Below, piece after piece: positions 29,141-39,259 of a DNA stretch of 64,000 nt; position 1 is the stretch's first letter, and each line of letters opens with the position of its first letter. Source of the DNA: an uncultured delta proteobacterium (GTDB taxonomy: Bacteria; Desulfobacterota; Binatia; UBA9968); the NCBI GenBank assembly GCA_963728565.1, contig CAVSLC010000013.1:438214-502213 (forward strand). The letters are read 5' to 3'. The notes beneath the pieces are model-generated. The model saw nothing but the letters and a program-made list of their open reading frames with translations, did not search any database and was not told the origin of the DNA. The position numbers and the translations under genes were made by a program.

Positions 29141-30357
29141 CAGTTCACTATTTTGACGGGCTGCCCGGCAACCAGATTTCCCGGATCGACAATGACGTGA
29201 TAGCCGGCGGCAATGCCTTCGATAATCTCGATCTGCTCACCGATACGACGTCCGGTGCGCACCCGCTTTTCCACGGCTTGTCCCTCTTCCACGCTCAAAA
29301 CCTTATCGATCCCCGCAAAAGTAATGATCGCGTCGCGTGGCACGGTAATAATCTGCTCGCCGGCTTCCACGATGATATCGGCTTTGGCAAAGGATCCAGG
29401 ACGCAGTCCGCCGTCCCGATTGGGTACTTCAGCCTCGATCAGCAATGTTCGATTGTTCTCACTGATCGCCGGAGAAAGCCGGACGACCCGGCCGGAATAG
29501 CGACGGCTATCGCCTTCGACGGTCAGTTCTACCGCCTGGCCGACGCGCACGGATCCGGCCTGTCGCTCGGGCACCGCCAGCCGCAAGCGCAACGGATCCA
29601 TGCGCACCAGCGTGACCACCGGTGCGCCGGCAATCAAATATTGGCCCACCGAGGCCTGACGTTCGCTGACGGCGCCGTCCATCGGCGAAACGATGATCGT
29701 GTCATCGAGTTGCTGGCGCGCGATCTCGAGCTCTGAACGCCGTTGAAATAGTAGTCCCTGGCGAATTCTGGCTTCTTCAAGAGCATTCTGGTACTGGCCT
29801 TCGGCAATCGCCAGTTGCGCCACCGCGGCATCCAGCTCAGCGCGCGCGATGTAATTATTTTCCCACAATTTTGTCATGCGATCGTGTGTCAAACGAGCTT
29901 CTTTGAGGCCGGCTGCCGCTTGCCGCACCGCCGATGTTTGCTCGGGTTCGATCTTATCGCTCTTCCCTTCGGCCGGGAGCCCGAGACGAACTCGGGCCTG
30001 CTGAAGAGCAGCCTCGGCTTGATCCACGCGCAGCCGGTAATCGCTGGGGTCGATGCGCGCAATCGCCTGGCCTTTGCGCACTCGGCTGCCGAGATCGACC
30101 GAGATCTCACCGAGCCGGCCGACAACTTTGGTGCCCAGGACAACTTGATCTTCGGCCGCCAGCGTTCCGGTGGCGCTCACCGTGCGGGCCACTTTGGCCT
30201 CCACCGCTGTAGCGATTTTTACCTGGCGCGGCGGCGGCGAGTCGATCACGGCGGTAGCTGATTGATCGCCGCCACATGCCGCTAGCGCGAATGGCAGCAG
30301 CAGAGCCACGGATAGCAATCGGCCCCAGCCCCTCCCCGTTGATCCGAGCCAAGTCAT
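29140..30357 (-). CDS. RND efflux periplasmic adaptor (membrane fusion lipoprotein)
   Basis: Lipobox ALAAC; lipoyl/hairpin pattern (SPMDGAV, LRPGSFA); coupled to the RND gene. Confidence 0.93.
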   Translation of the reverse strand: MTWLGSTGRGWGRLLSVALLLPFALAACGGDQSATAVIDSPPPRQVKIATAVEAKVARTVSATGTLAAEDQVVLGTKVVGRLGEISVDLGSRVRKGQAIARIDPSDYRLRVDQAEAALQQARVRLGLPAEGKSDKIEPEQTSAVRQAAAGLKEARLTHDRMTKLWENNYIARAELDAAVAQLAIAEGQYQNALEEARIRQGLLFQRRSELEIARQQLDDTIIVSPMDGAVSERQASVGQYLIAGAPVVTLVRMDPLRLRLAVPERQAGSVRVGQAVELTVEGDSRRYSGRVVRLSPAISENNRTLLIEAEVPNRDGGLRPGSFAKADIIVEAGEQIITVPRDAIITFAGIDKVLSVEEGQAVEKRVRTGRRIGEQIEIIEGIAAGYHVIVDPGNLVAGQPVKIVN

Positions 30358-31100
30358 CGGTCGATCTTCCTAACGCGCTTGAGCCGGGATCGATTGGTCT
30401 TCGCAAGCTGCACAGTGCGGCGGCTCTTTGCACCCGACCCGCGGCTATTGCCTTGGGCAAAATGCTGCAAAGCGCCCTGAGAAAACCGTGTAATATGATC
30501 CGCCAGTTGAGCGATGTCTTGGGAGCCGTATTCCTGTTGCGGATAAAGGCGGCTCAGCACCGAGCGAGCGTGATGGTAGTAAACACATTGACTTAAAATA
30601 CTCAGCGTGCACAGGCGCACGGCATCCGCGGCCGCCCTCGAGCCCAGCAGCTCGCGGACAATGGCAGCCAACTCCTGATGGACCGGCAGAGCAACGTCGG
30701 CGACCAGAGTATCCAAAGCACGGGTGGGCTCGATCATTTCCCGGGCCATAATCTTGGTATGCCAACCCGGCCGTCCTTCATCGAAAACCCGATTCAACAA
30801 GGATTCGATGTAAGCCGCCAGCCTCTGTTGCACGGTTGCTCCAGCAGCAAGCCCCCTGTTGGCAGGGAACTTCTCGGCATGGGCATCCGGGACCGAGCGC
30901 AGCACCGCCATGTAGAGTCCTTCTTTGTCGCCGAAGTGGTAATTCACCGCGGCGATGTTGGCGCCGGCCTTCTCACAGATCTGCCGTACCGTAGCGGCGC
31001 GATAACCGACTTCCGCAAAAATCTCGCCCGCCGCTTCGAGCAAACGACTCTCGGTGGCTGAAGACAATTCGGTGGAATGTTTTTCCGGGTGATTAAACAT
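30354..31100 (-). CDS. TetR-family regulator, CecR/CerR-like (DUF1956-type C-terminus)
   Basis: RLLEAAGEIFAEVGYRAATVRQIC..AGANIAAVNYHFGDKEGLY; REMIEPT; overlaps the MFP start. Confidence 0.9.
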   Translation of the reverse strand: MFNHPEKHSTELSSATESRLLEAAGEIFAEVGYRAATVRQICEKAGANIAAVNYHFGDKEGLYMAVLRSVPDAHAEKFPANRGLAAGATVQQRLAAYIESLLNRVFDEGRPGWHTKIMAREMIEPTRALDTLVADVALPVHQELAAIVRELLGSRAAADAVRLCTLSILSQCVYYHHARSVLSRLYPQQEYGSQDIAQLADHITRFSQGALQHFAQGNSRGSGAKSRRTVQLAKTNRSRLKRVRKIDR

Positions 31101-31111
31101 ATGTTTCAATC
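31091..31111. promoter_or_regulatory. Palindrome over the TetR start codon, probable operator
   Basis: GATT-AAACATATGTTT-CAATC with a perfect 12-bp palindromic core in the divergent tetR/VOC gap. Confidence 0.5.
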
Positions 31112-31235
31112 AAGCGTATCAAACAGCCGTTGGGCACACAAGCCATATAGTTCGCGCGATCTGTCCGCGCGCTCGCATTTGCTTCAAAGTGCGCCGGATG
31201 CTAGACGAGAACCATCGCATTCAGGAGGAATGATT

Positions 31236-31646
31236 ATGGCAAAACTAAGGCATCTGGCATTGTTGACCCATCAACCGGAGAAGCTCGCCGAGTTTTACAA
31301 AAAAGTCTTCGAGCTCAATGAAGTTTTCCGCACCAAGAATGGCTCAGTGCACCTGTCCGATGGCGAAGTGAATCTGGCGATTTTGAACGCCAATGATCCC
31401 AAGGATCCGGACGATCTTAAACACATGGGCATGTACCACTTCGGCTTTCATGTCGACGATCAGGAGACCGTGGCCAAGAGAATTCAAGACATCTATCCGC
31501 AAGGGGCGCCGAAGAAGCGGCCCAGCGGCACCAGTTACGCTGAAACACGAGGCGCCGATCCCGACGGCAATATTTTTGACATCTCGACCTGGGGATGGAG
31601 CGGAAAGCCGCTGCCGAAAGACAAAGGCGGACCCGAACAACAGTAG
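31236..31646 (+). CDS. VOC/glyoxalase family protein
   Basis: LRHLAL, FYKKVFEL, LSDGEVNLAIL, YHFGF, DPDGNIFD; AGGAGG RBS; paralogue of 21220. Confidence 0.88.
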   Translation: MAKLRHLALLTHQPEKLAEFYKKVFELNEVFRTKNGSVHLSDGEVNLAILNANDPKDPDDLKHMGMYHFGFHVDDQETVAKRIQDIYPQGAPKKRPSGTSYAETRGADPDGNIFDISTWGWSGKPLPKDKGGPEQQ

Positions 31647-31666
31647 CCAATGGAGTTAAACATCAG

Positions 31667-32746
31667 ATGATGAAGTTCTTGCTCAATCTATTGCTGACAC
31701 TCGCCGCGGCTTCGATTCAATCGATCAGCGACGCCGCTACCGTTGCCGAGGTCTTAAAGAAAATACAGCCTCTTCAAGCAGCGCAGAGAAAAACTGCGTT
31801 GGAGCAAGGCGCGAAAAAAGAAGGCCAGGTCGTTATCTACACGTCGGTGAGCTTATCGGATTACCCCAAGATCCTGGCGGCTTTTGAACAAGCGCATCCG
31901 TATATCAAAACTCACGCGTTCCGTTCGACGCCCTCGGGTGTATTCCGCAGGGTCGATACCGAGGCCAAGACCGGCCGTTTCGCCGTGGATCTGGTCGGCT
32001 CGGCGCCGATAGAAGTTTGGCAGTTAAAGGAGCGCCAACTCTCAACTCCCTATGCTTCCCCCGAACGAGACAGTTTATTCAAAGGGTCATTTGATGCCGA
32101 CAGCTACTGGACTGCGTTCGATATCACCCCGATCGTGCTCGCTTACAATACCAAGCTGGTAAGCGCCCAGGAGGTGCCTAAGAATTATCAGGATCTTTTG
32201 AATCCCAAGTGGCGCGGCAAGATGAGCCTCGGCACCGAAGATTACGATTGGTTCTCGGTCATGTTGGACCACATGGGCAAAGACAAGGGACTCGACTACA
32301 TGAAGAGCCTGGCGAAGCAGAATTTGCACATGCCGGGCTCGAGTAGCGTGATGAGAGTCCAGTTGTTGCTCGCCGGCGAATCATCGATCGCCATAGCGGC
32401 CCGCGGCCGTCGAGTCGCCGAGCTCAAATCCAAAGGCGCGCCCATCGATTTTCGAATTTTCGATCCTTATGCCGGCGAACCCGATTTGCTGGCATTGCTG
32501 CAGCGGGCGCCGAACCCCCACGCAGCGATTCTCTTCTACGACTGGTTGATCTCGCAGGACGGTCAGACCAAGATGTCCGACCAGACCGGCCGTATATCGG
32601 TCAGAAAAGGAGTCAAGCACCAGCCCTGGCTCCAGGAGTTACTGCAGAAGGATTTTGTCTTCGTCACGCCCAGCTCGAGAGCCGTGAACTTAAAAGAAGT
32701 GACAGAGCTCTACCATCAGGTGTTCGGATTGCATCAGGCGCGATAA
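31667..32746 (+). CDS. Extracellular solute-binding protein (iron/polyamine-type)
   Basis: Signal peptide; GAKKEGQVVIYTS, LAYNTKLV, DLLNPKWRG, APNPHAAILFYDW. Confidence 0.9.
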   Translation: MMKFLLNLLLTLAAASIQSISDAATVAEVLKKIQPLQAAQRKTALEQGAKKEGQVVIYTSVSLSDYPKILAAFEQAHPYIKTHAFRSTPSGVFRRVDTEAKTGRFAVDLVGSAPIEVWQLKERQLSTPYASPERDSLFKGSFDADSYWTAFDITPIVLAYNTKLVSAQEVPKNYQDLLNPKWRGKMSLGTEDYDWFSVMLDHMGKDKGLDYMKSLAKQNLHMPGSSSVMRVQLLLAGESSIAIAARGRRVAELKSKGAPIDFRIFDPYAGEPDLLALLQRAPNPHAAILFYDWLISQDGQTKMSDQTGRISVRKGVKHQPWLQELLQKDFVFVTPSSRAVNLKEVTELYHQVFGLHQAR

Positions 32747-32772
32747 GAAGCCCAGGACGGCGATCTCGGGCC

Positions 32773-32846
32773 GTTTCAATAGTTCAAAACGTTCAACCGC
32801 TTCGCTCCGACCAAAACGTCAGTCGAAGAAAAGCCGGTTGAACGGC
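32773..32846 (+). repeat. GTTCAA repeat cluster B
   Basis: GTTTCAATAGTTCAAAACGTTCAACCGCTTCGCTCCG...GGTTGAACG; CGTTCAACCGCT (32790-32801) is the exact reverse complement of 33471-33482. Confidence 0.6.
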
Positions 32847-32849
32847 TAG

Positions 32850-33344
32850 TTATTTAATCTCCACCTGCGCGGCGCACCAGGAAAGCATTTCGATCTGTGC
32901 CATGGTTTCGACGATGGACCCCGCCCGCGACACCGCGTTCTCCGCTTCATCAAACGGTTCGCCCAACGCAAGCAGCACCGAGACCGCAAGCATGGCGGTG
33001 CGGCCGACACCTCCGGCGCAATGAATCAGCAAGGCTTCCCCGGAGCGCAATCGATTCGCTAGATCATTGGCAAACGTCCAGAAGGCGTCCCGATCCGCGG
33101 GCACGCCGCCTTCACGGATTTCAAAAGGCACGACGGAACAGGGAACTGTCCCGGTTTCCAAAGCATCCGCATATTTGGAAGATTTCAAGCGGATTTCGTA
33201 CTCTTCGGTGAGACAGATAATTGCGGCCACCGCGTCACTCTTCAGCTGCTGCCAAACCTTCTCGATGGTTTCAAAGCGGCCCGGCATGCTGTGCAGCAGC
33301 AGTGTTCCAGTAACCCGAGCGGGAAGTTCCACGCGACGAAACAT
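32850..33344 (-). CDS. Dual-specificity/protein-tyrosine phosphatase family protein
   Basis: Catalytic HCAGGVGRT (Cx5R); SMPGR; ETMAQ; GGAG RBS before ATG 33344. Confidence 0.88.
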   Translation of the reverse strand: MFRRVELPARVTGTLLLHSMPGRFETIEKVWQQLKSDAVAAIICLTEEYEIRLKSSKYADALETGTVPCSVVPFEIREGGVPADRDAFWTFANDLANRLRSGEALLIHCAGGVGRTAMLAVSVLLALGEPFDEAENAVSRAGSIVETMAQIEMLSWCAAQVEIK

Positions 33345-33433
33345 CTCAAATCTCCGTTGTCTGCAGCCCATCCATGTTGCTGTTCAACAATCTTTGCTAA
33401 TCGTCATCGCACGCCGAGATGATTCTGTAAAGA

Positions 33434-33495
33434 TTGAACGTCAGCGAAGGAGACGGCTTGAACGGATAGCAGCGGTTGAACGGCTGAACCTTTGG
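33434..33495 (-). repeat. GTTCAA repeat cluster C (inverted relative to B)
   Basis: TTGAACG...TTGAACGGATAGCAGCGGTTGAACGGCTGAACC. Confidence 0.6.
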
Positions 33496-33566
33496 GATGC
33501 GTTTGATGATCATACTGCCGTTGACACCTGATTTTTGAATCCGCTAGATTGGCGCTGCTCACGACA

Positions 33567-34514
33567 ATGCGAAAAACTTTCTGCTTTTCATTCATCTGGC
33601 TTCTTGCCTTTCTTTCGGAAAACTCTTTCGGACACTTCACCGCCAAAGGCCATGTTCACACGGTTTCGGAAACAAAACAGGATTTTCTGAATTCCGATTG
33701 CCGCGCCACCGCATCCTGCGATCTTAAAAGATTCACGTTGACAACGTCGGTTTACGAAGTCTGGTTTAGCGACGATCCGATCTATCCCACTTATGGCAAC
33801 AGCGTGGTCATGGAGTATCAGACCGACTCAGTGGCTGCGCTCGAGAAATACGCGATCGTTCAATTCAAAAAAGGTTGCGTATTTTACAGTTCAAAAACTA
33901 ATGGCGGGAAGATCACCAGGAAAATAAATGACACCGTGCCGAGCTTTGGCGAGAACGTTCCTTTTTGCTTTCCCGAATGGGTCATCGACTCACAGGACAC
34001 CGATCCGGCTTACAATAGCGATCCGAAAGGCGGGAGATTCTCTTTACTGAGATGGAATAAACCGGGGTCCTATGATGAGCGCACCCAGAAATTCTACGGG
34101 ACTCAGAAACCGAGAAGACCGGTCGTTTACATGGCCGATCATCCGAGCGGCGCCTTTGTTTCCGGAATCGGCATAAAAAATGTCGCGCTGGAATTCAACA
34201 CCTGCATCTACAAGGCAAGTGAGGTCCCGGAAAAAACCCGACGAGAGGACATAAACTTTGCGACCCCCCTCACCTGCTTTGGCTGGCAAAATGTGTATGT
34301 TTACGACTTCGATAGAGGAAACTTCCAGACCGATATAGCGGATGTTCCGAGGTGGGAAGAGCCATCCGCGCGGATCGAAAAGCGGCAAGAGACACCGGCG
34401 CGGATCGATCTATATCTCATGGTGATTCTGGTCATTTTATTCATTGCACTAGCGCTGCTGATTTTTACGGCGCTAAGCAACTTCCTCCGCCAAAAAGATA
34501 GTCGCCATCCGTAG
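33567..34514 (+). CDS. Hypothetical secreted Cys-containing protein with C-terminal membrane anchor
   Basis: Signal-like N-terminus, six Cys in the mature part, C-terminal TM LYLMVILVILFIALALLIF plus basic tail; no family recognised. Confidence 0.7.
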   Translation: MRKTFCFSFIWLLAFLSENSFGHFTAKGHVHTVSETKQDFLNSDCRATASCDLKRFTLTTSVYEVWFSDDPIYPTYGNSVVMEYQTDSVAALEKYAIVQFKKGCVFYSSKTNGGKITRKINDTVPSFGENVPFCFPEWVIDSQDTDPAYNSDPKGGRFSLLRWNKPGSYDERTQKFYGTQKPRRPVVYMADHPSGAFVSGIGIKNVALEFNTCIYKASEVPEKTRREDINFATPLTCFGWQNVYVYDFDRGNFQTDIADVPRWEEPSARIEKRQETPARIDLYLMVILVILFIALALLIFTALSNFLRQKDSRHP

Positions 34515-34836
34515 AGCCGCGACACCGCTGCTTGTGGATTCCAAGGAATCATCGGGAGGAGCCAGATCCATTCAGATCCGAGTTTATGGCATCTGTGGAC
34601 CGTGCGCTTTGAAACCGCACGATCAAGACGATCAGCTTTGCACGATACTTTCTGGCTCCATGCGAACTCACCGGCTATATCAGAGCCAATGAAATGGAGT
34701 TTCGGTTCATCGGACAACTGCCGAAACGAAAGAGTCGCCGAGATCTAGCAGTTAAATAGCCGACGATATCCGCCAATCCTGACTTGACCCGCTTCGTTGC
34801 GATCCTGTATAGCTCCGAACACGGAGGGCACGGATA

Positions 34837-35848
34837 ATGAACAAGACGCGACGACGATCCGCGCGCGCAAGATGGGCGCAAATAGCAGCGTTGGCGGCTT
34901 TGATTGTGATGCTGCAGGCGCCGATGCGCGCCGCCGTAGCGGCCGAACGACTCCGGGTCGCCCATTCGACTCTCACCGCAACCAATTCCGTGCTCTGGGT
35001 AGCGCGTGACCGCGGCATTTTTCCGCGCCACGGTCTCGATGTCAGCTTGATCTACGTCGCCGGTGTGCGCTCGATGCAAGCGCTGCTCGCTCAGGAAGTC
35101 GAAATCGGCTCGGTCTCGGGAACCACCGCCATCCAGGCGAATTTGTCAGGAGCGGATAGCGTCATCATCGGCGGCATCTCCAACAGCGTGCTCATGTCGC
35201 TTGTTGCCACTCCTGATATCACAGCTGTCGAAGCTCTGCGCGGCAAGCGGGTCAGGCGTCACCCGTTTCGGTTCTCTTTCCGATTTCATGGCCCGCTCTT
35301 ACTTGACGCGGGCTGGGGTCACGCCGGACCGGGATGTCGCCATTCTTCAGACCGGCGGGTACCCGGAAAGCGTGGCGGCGCTGCAGGCAGGCGGAATTCA
35401 GGCGGCGATGTTGAGTCCACCGTTCCATACGATCGCCATCAGACGGCTGGGTTTTCGCGAGTTGATCGATCTGAGCCGGACGACAAAATATCAGTCCAAT
35501 GCTTTGGTCACGCTGCGGCGGTTCGCCCAGTCAAAGCCGGCCGTCCTCACCGCGTTCATGGAAGCCTATACGGAGGCAGTCCGCGTCTTCAAACAGGAAC
35601 CGGAGTTCACGATTGGAGTGCTGGGCCGCGCTATGCGGAGCAATGATCGGCAGATCTTGGAAGAGACGTACGGCTTCTACCGCGACTACTTCGCAGATAT
35701 ACCTCAGCCGACGCTCGAGGGGGTACAACTCATTCTCGACGAGCTGGCGCCGCGTACTCCGAAAGCGCGGGAAGCGCGGCCCCAGGATTTCGTCGACCTG
35801 CGATTCGTGCAGGCGCTCGATGGGGCGCGCGGCAAGAAAAGTCCGTGA
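34837..35848 (+). CDS. NMT1/THI5-like substrate-binding protein (frameshift near 35254)
   Basis: GIFPRHGLDV; extra A in CGG GTC A GGC GTC breaks RGKRV-GVTRFGS; C-terminal part in ORF 35063..35848. Confidence 0.87.
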
Positions 35849-35905
35849 AATGATGAGTTCTCTTCCGCAACCTACACCGGAGAATTTAACCGCATAAGGA
35901 GCTCG

Positions 35906-37149
35906 ATGGTGAATGACATAGTCTCTATAGACGCAGAGCGCATGATCGACGGTCGCGGCGGTCCTCCGGTGGAGCCAGCGCGAGTTGTCATTCAAGGAGA
36001 ACGGATCACCGCCGCAGGGCCGCCGACCGGATCAAAGCGCCGGAGGGCGCCCGCCGGATTTCTTTGGGAGCCCGCACTCTCCTTCCCGGCCTCATTGATG
36101 CGCATGTTCACCTCAAAGGCTGGCGCAGCTCCAATCCCGACGACGTACTGATAACGCCGCATCCACTGGCGGCATTGCGCGCCGCGGCCGACTGTCGCAA
36201 GTTGCTCCATGCGGGATTTACCACCGTGCGTGATTGCGGCGGTTGCCTGGGGCCCCACTTGCGCGATGCCATCGCCGCCAAAGAAATCCCCGGGCCGAGA
36301 ATTCTCACCGCATACCGGGGACTGTCACAGACGGGACGCGTGAAGAAGGTCACTTGGGCTCTGGATATCACGCCGCTGCGCCAGGAAGTCGATGGAATCG
36401 ACGATTGCGTGCGGGTTGTCAGAGAGCAGATCGGCCTCGGCGCCGACTTGATCAAGGTATCGATCACCGGGCGGGTCTATGCCCCGCAAAGCGATCCAGG
36501 GCAAACCGCGTACACATCGGAGGAGATCCAGGCGATCGTCAAGGAGGCTCACCGGATGGGCCGGCGGGTGGCGGCTCACGCTCAGGCGACCCAGGGCATC
36601 AAGAACGGAATCCTGGGCGGAGTCGATTCCATCGAGCACGGAATTTATTTGGACGAAGAAGCCTGTCAATGGATGCGCGAGCGAAATACCGTGCTCGTCC
36701 CTACCCTCGCCTATTTCTATCGCATCGCCACCTTGGGTGAAGGTCTGGGATCGCCGGCCTATGCTGTGCGTAAAGCCAAAGAGGTGGTCGAAGCCCACAT
36801 GAAATCATTTGCCCTGGCGATGCGCATGGGAATTACCATCGGCATGGGGACCGACTTCGAAGGCTCGGCGCTTTTCCCGCACGGAGAGAACGGCGCTGAA
36901 TTCGACCTGATGGTCGACGGAGGCATGGCGGAGCGCGATGTGATTGTCGCGGCCACCGCTACCAATGCGGCGATTTTAGGTATCGAGCAGAAAGTCGGAA
37001 CCATCGAAATGGGAAAGTTGGCCGACATAATTGCTGTCCCGGGGAACCCGCTCAAACAGATCTCCGCGCTGCGCCAGGTGGAGTTCGTAATGCAGGAAGG
37101 GCGAATCGCCCGCTGCCGCATTGAAGGCGTCCCGGAGGACCTCCTCTAA
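35906..37149 (+). CDS. Amidohydrolase family protein (Xaa-Pro dipeptidase-like), frameshift near 36022
   Basis: IDGRGG..VVIQGERITAAG; TLLPGLIDAHVH, GFTTVRD, GADLIK, AAHA, SIEHG, MGTD, GKLADIIAV; one base missing after GGG CC. Confidence 0.9.
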
Positions 37150-37204
37150 AGGAGCAGCACTCATCATCAGGGGATGCTCTCGACGGAAAGCCGAGGCTCG
37201 AAAG

Positions 37205-37684
37205 TTATCTTGCAGAATCGGCGTTAGTCTTGCGCGACCGCTGGACCAACTGGTTAAAAGCTTGAGAATGAGCCCGGTGCCGATACCCCATACGCCGTTG
37301 ATTGAAAATGCCGTCAGCAGCAGAGGCGGATGCCAACCGCCGCCCATGGGTCTTCCCTTGAGCGGTAAAACCACCATAAGAGCAACCAAGGACGGCAGGA
37401 TGGCGCCAAAAAGAAATGCCGCAACCCAGTAGCCGCCGCGAGGAAAGCGACGTTGAGCCAGCGCAAATAAGATACCCCAGACACCGCCCCAGAATGCCAA
37501 TGAACAAAACCGCCGGCACGCCAAACGGTCGAGTCGGCGCCATTGGAAACGGAAGCGATGGCGCCACACCTATGATCCACAGTAAAGTTAGCGCCAGCTG
37601 GTGAAAGATGACAGTGGCGAGCAAGCCGGCGACAAAACCAAACAGTAGCTGTGCCGAAGAGTTCGGGCGCATGCCGTCAGCCAT
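37205..37684 (-). CDS. Conserved hypothetical membrane protein (frameshift near 37505)
   Basis: GFVAGLLATVIFHQ...PFGVPAVL-SLAFWGGVWG...VVLPLKG...NGVWGIGTG; extra T. With the correction the C-terminus follows the 36976 frame, so the end is uncertain. Confidence 0.7.
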   Translation of the reverse strand: MADGMRPNSSAQLLFGFVAGLLATVIFHQLALTLLWIIGVAPSLPFPMAPTRPFGVPAVLFIGILGRCLGYLICAGSTSLSSRRLLGCGISFWRHPAVLGCSYGGFTAQGKTHGRRLASASAADGIFNQRRMGYRHRAHSQAFNQLVQRSRKTNADSAR

Positions 37685-38007
37685 AAAGCGATCCTCCCTG
37701 AAATTTTTTGGAGACCTACCTGTACGCTATCGCTAGCGCGATCGGCCCACATCGTAGTCCGGGCCCAACCTAAAATTCTTGCTACGAGAGGCTTGATTTT
37801 CAGAGACATTCGCGAAAGTTTACCCATAGGATCGCGAAATAACGAAGTCCGCAGCTATTCAGGCAAGATGAAACAGGCCTTGAATCCCCATGCAGATTGC
37901 TTGATCAGTTTAGCTAAGCCGGATTCAACTTTGAAGCGGCGTGCTCCGTATGGAAATTCCAAATGGCTTGTGGATCTTTCTTATAGATCCTTGCGGAGGA
38001 TACTTAC

Positions 38008-38448
38008 TTGGCGCAATCCAGCATAAAGTTTGGCAGCAACCGGTTTATATGTGAAGGTGATTTCACCATCATCGGCCTCAATGATGCAGGAGGTGTCGTG
38101 ATCGGCGCCACATTGCCGCCGCCGACTCAGTCAGTGTGGGTCGAATTCAAAGCAGGTGGCGCATTCTTGAATGCTGACCTGTCGGATGCCGATGGAGGTT
38201 TAGTCGCCAGGGTTCGCAGTAACGCAATCGAATTCAACAAGGATAATATCTATTCGGTGCAATTGCTTCCGCCCAACCACAATCCTCCCGAGCGCATAGT
38301 CGTAACCGACAGGCATGGGAAAACAGCCATCGATTTAAGCCTCAAAGAAAATGCCTGGGAGTTCACCGGAGACTTCTATGCCCAGGGACAACATATTGTA
38401 GTGACAGGACAGGGACTCACTCTGAACCCGCAGAGTTCACAGGGTTGA
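38008..38448 (+). CDS. Hypothetical beta-rich protein
   Basis: 146-aa ORF, TTG start after a GGAGG RBS; alternating beta-strand pattern. Confidence 0.6.
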   Translation: MAQSSIKFGSNRFICEGDFTIIGLNDAGGVVIGATLPPPTQSVWVEFKAGGAFLNADLSDADGGLVARVRSNAIEFNKDNIYSVQLLPPNHNPPERIVVTDRHGKTAIDLSLKENAWEFTGDFYAQGQHIVVTGQGLTLNPQSSQG

Positions 38449-38617
38449 TCGGGCTTCTTCTCGGACCGGCAAAGCCATCCACCGAGATTCTGCCAGCGGA
38501 TGAAAAAAAGCTGCACAATCTATCGGTACTCTTTTTTTAAGGTTATATTGTCATAAGCTCTGAGGCACACTCTAGATTCAATGTTCAACAACGTCATGCA
38601 TGCACAAGGAGGAATCG

Positions 38618-39259
38618 GTGAAAATTCTTAAACTGTCGTACGTGCTCGCATTTGCGCTTTCATTTAATGGATCTTACGCAAGCGCCCAGGACCAGCAGCC
38701 GGGGTCCAAGGCGCCGAAGAGCCAAGGCACGACCGCGGAGAAGCAGCTTCGCTCGCCCGATGTCGTTTACGTTCCCACACCCGCTGAAACCGTGGACGCG
38801 ATGCTCAAAGTTGCCAAGGTCGGCAAGGAGGACATAGTCTATGATTTAGGTTCGGGGGACGGGCGTATCCCGATCATGGCGGTGCAGAAGTACAATGCGG
38901 CGCGCGCCGTCGGCATCGATATCAATCCCGACCGCATCAAGGAAGCTCAGGCAAATCACAAGGCCGCCGGCGTCGGCGACCGCGTACGTTTCCTCAACGA
39001 GGACTTGTTCCAAGCGGATATCAGCGAGGCAACCGTCGTCACGCTCTACTTACTGCCTAGCCTCAATCTAAAATTGCTGCCAAAACTGTTATCTGAACTA
39101 AAGCCGGGGACCCGTATTGTCTCGCACGCTTTCGACATGGGCAGTTGGAAACCCCAGCAGACATTGAACGCCGGAGGGAGCACGGTCTATTTCTGGACGA
39201 TTCCAGCCAAGGGAACGCCCGAATACGAAGCGGCATCTACCGCGGCAAGCAAGACCTGA
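38618..39259 (+). CDS. SAM-dependent methyltransferase, FAM173/aKMT-like, with N-terminal signal peptide
   Basis: AAGGAGG + GTG 38618; signal ..SYASA-Q; PDVVYVPTP..VDAML; YDLGSGDGR; ATVVTLYLL; LKPGTRIVSHAF. Confidence 0.87.
   Translation: MKILKLSYVLAFALSFNGSYASAQDQQPGSKAPKSQGTTAEKQLRSPDVVYVPTPAETVDAMLKVAKVGKEDIVYDLGSGDGRIPIMAVQKYNAARAVGIDINPDRIKEAQANHKAAGVGDRVRFLNEDLFQADISEATVVTLYLLPSLNLKLLPKLLSELKPGTRIVSHAFDMGSWKPQQTLNAGGSTVYFWTIPAKGTPEYEAASTAASKT

Noticed and set aside
23215-33495. GTTCAA/TTGAAC arrays as a CRISPR array
   Set aside because: No constant 25-40 bp repeat with regular unique spacers, and no cas genes.
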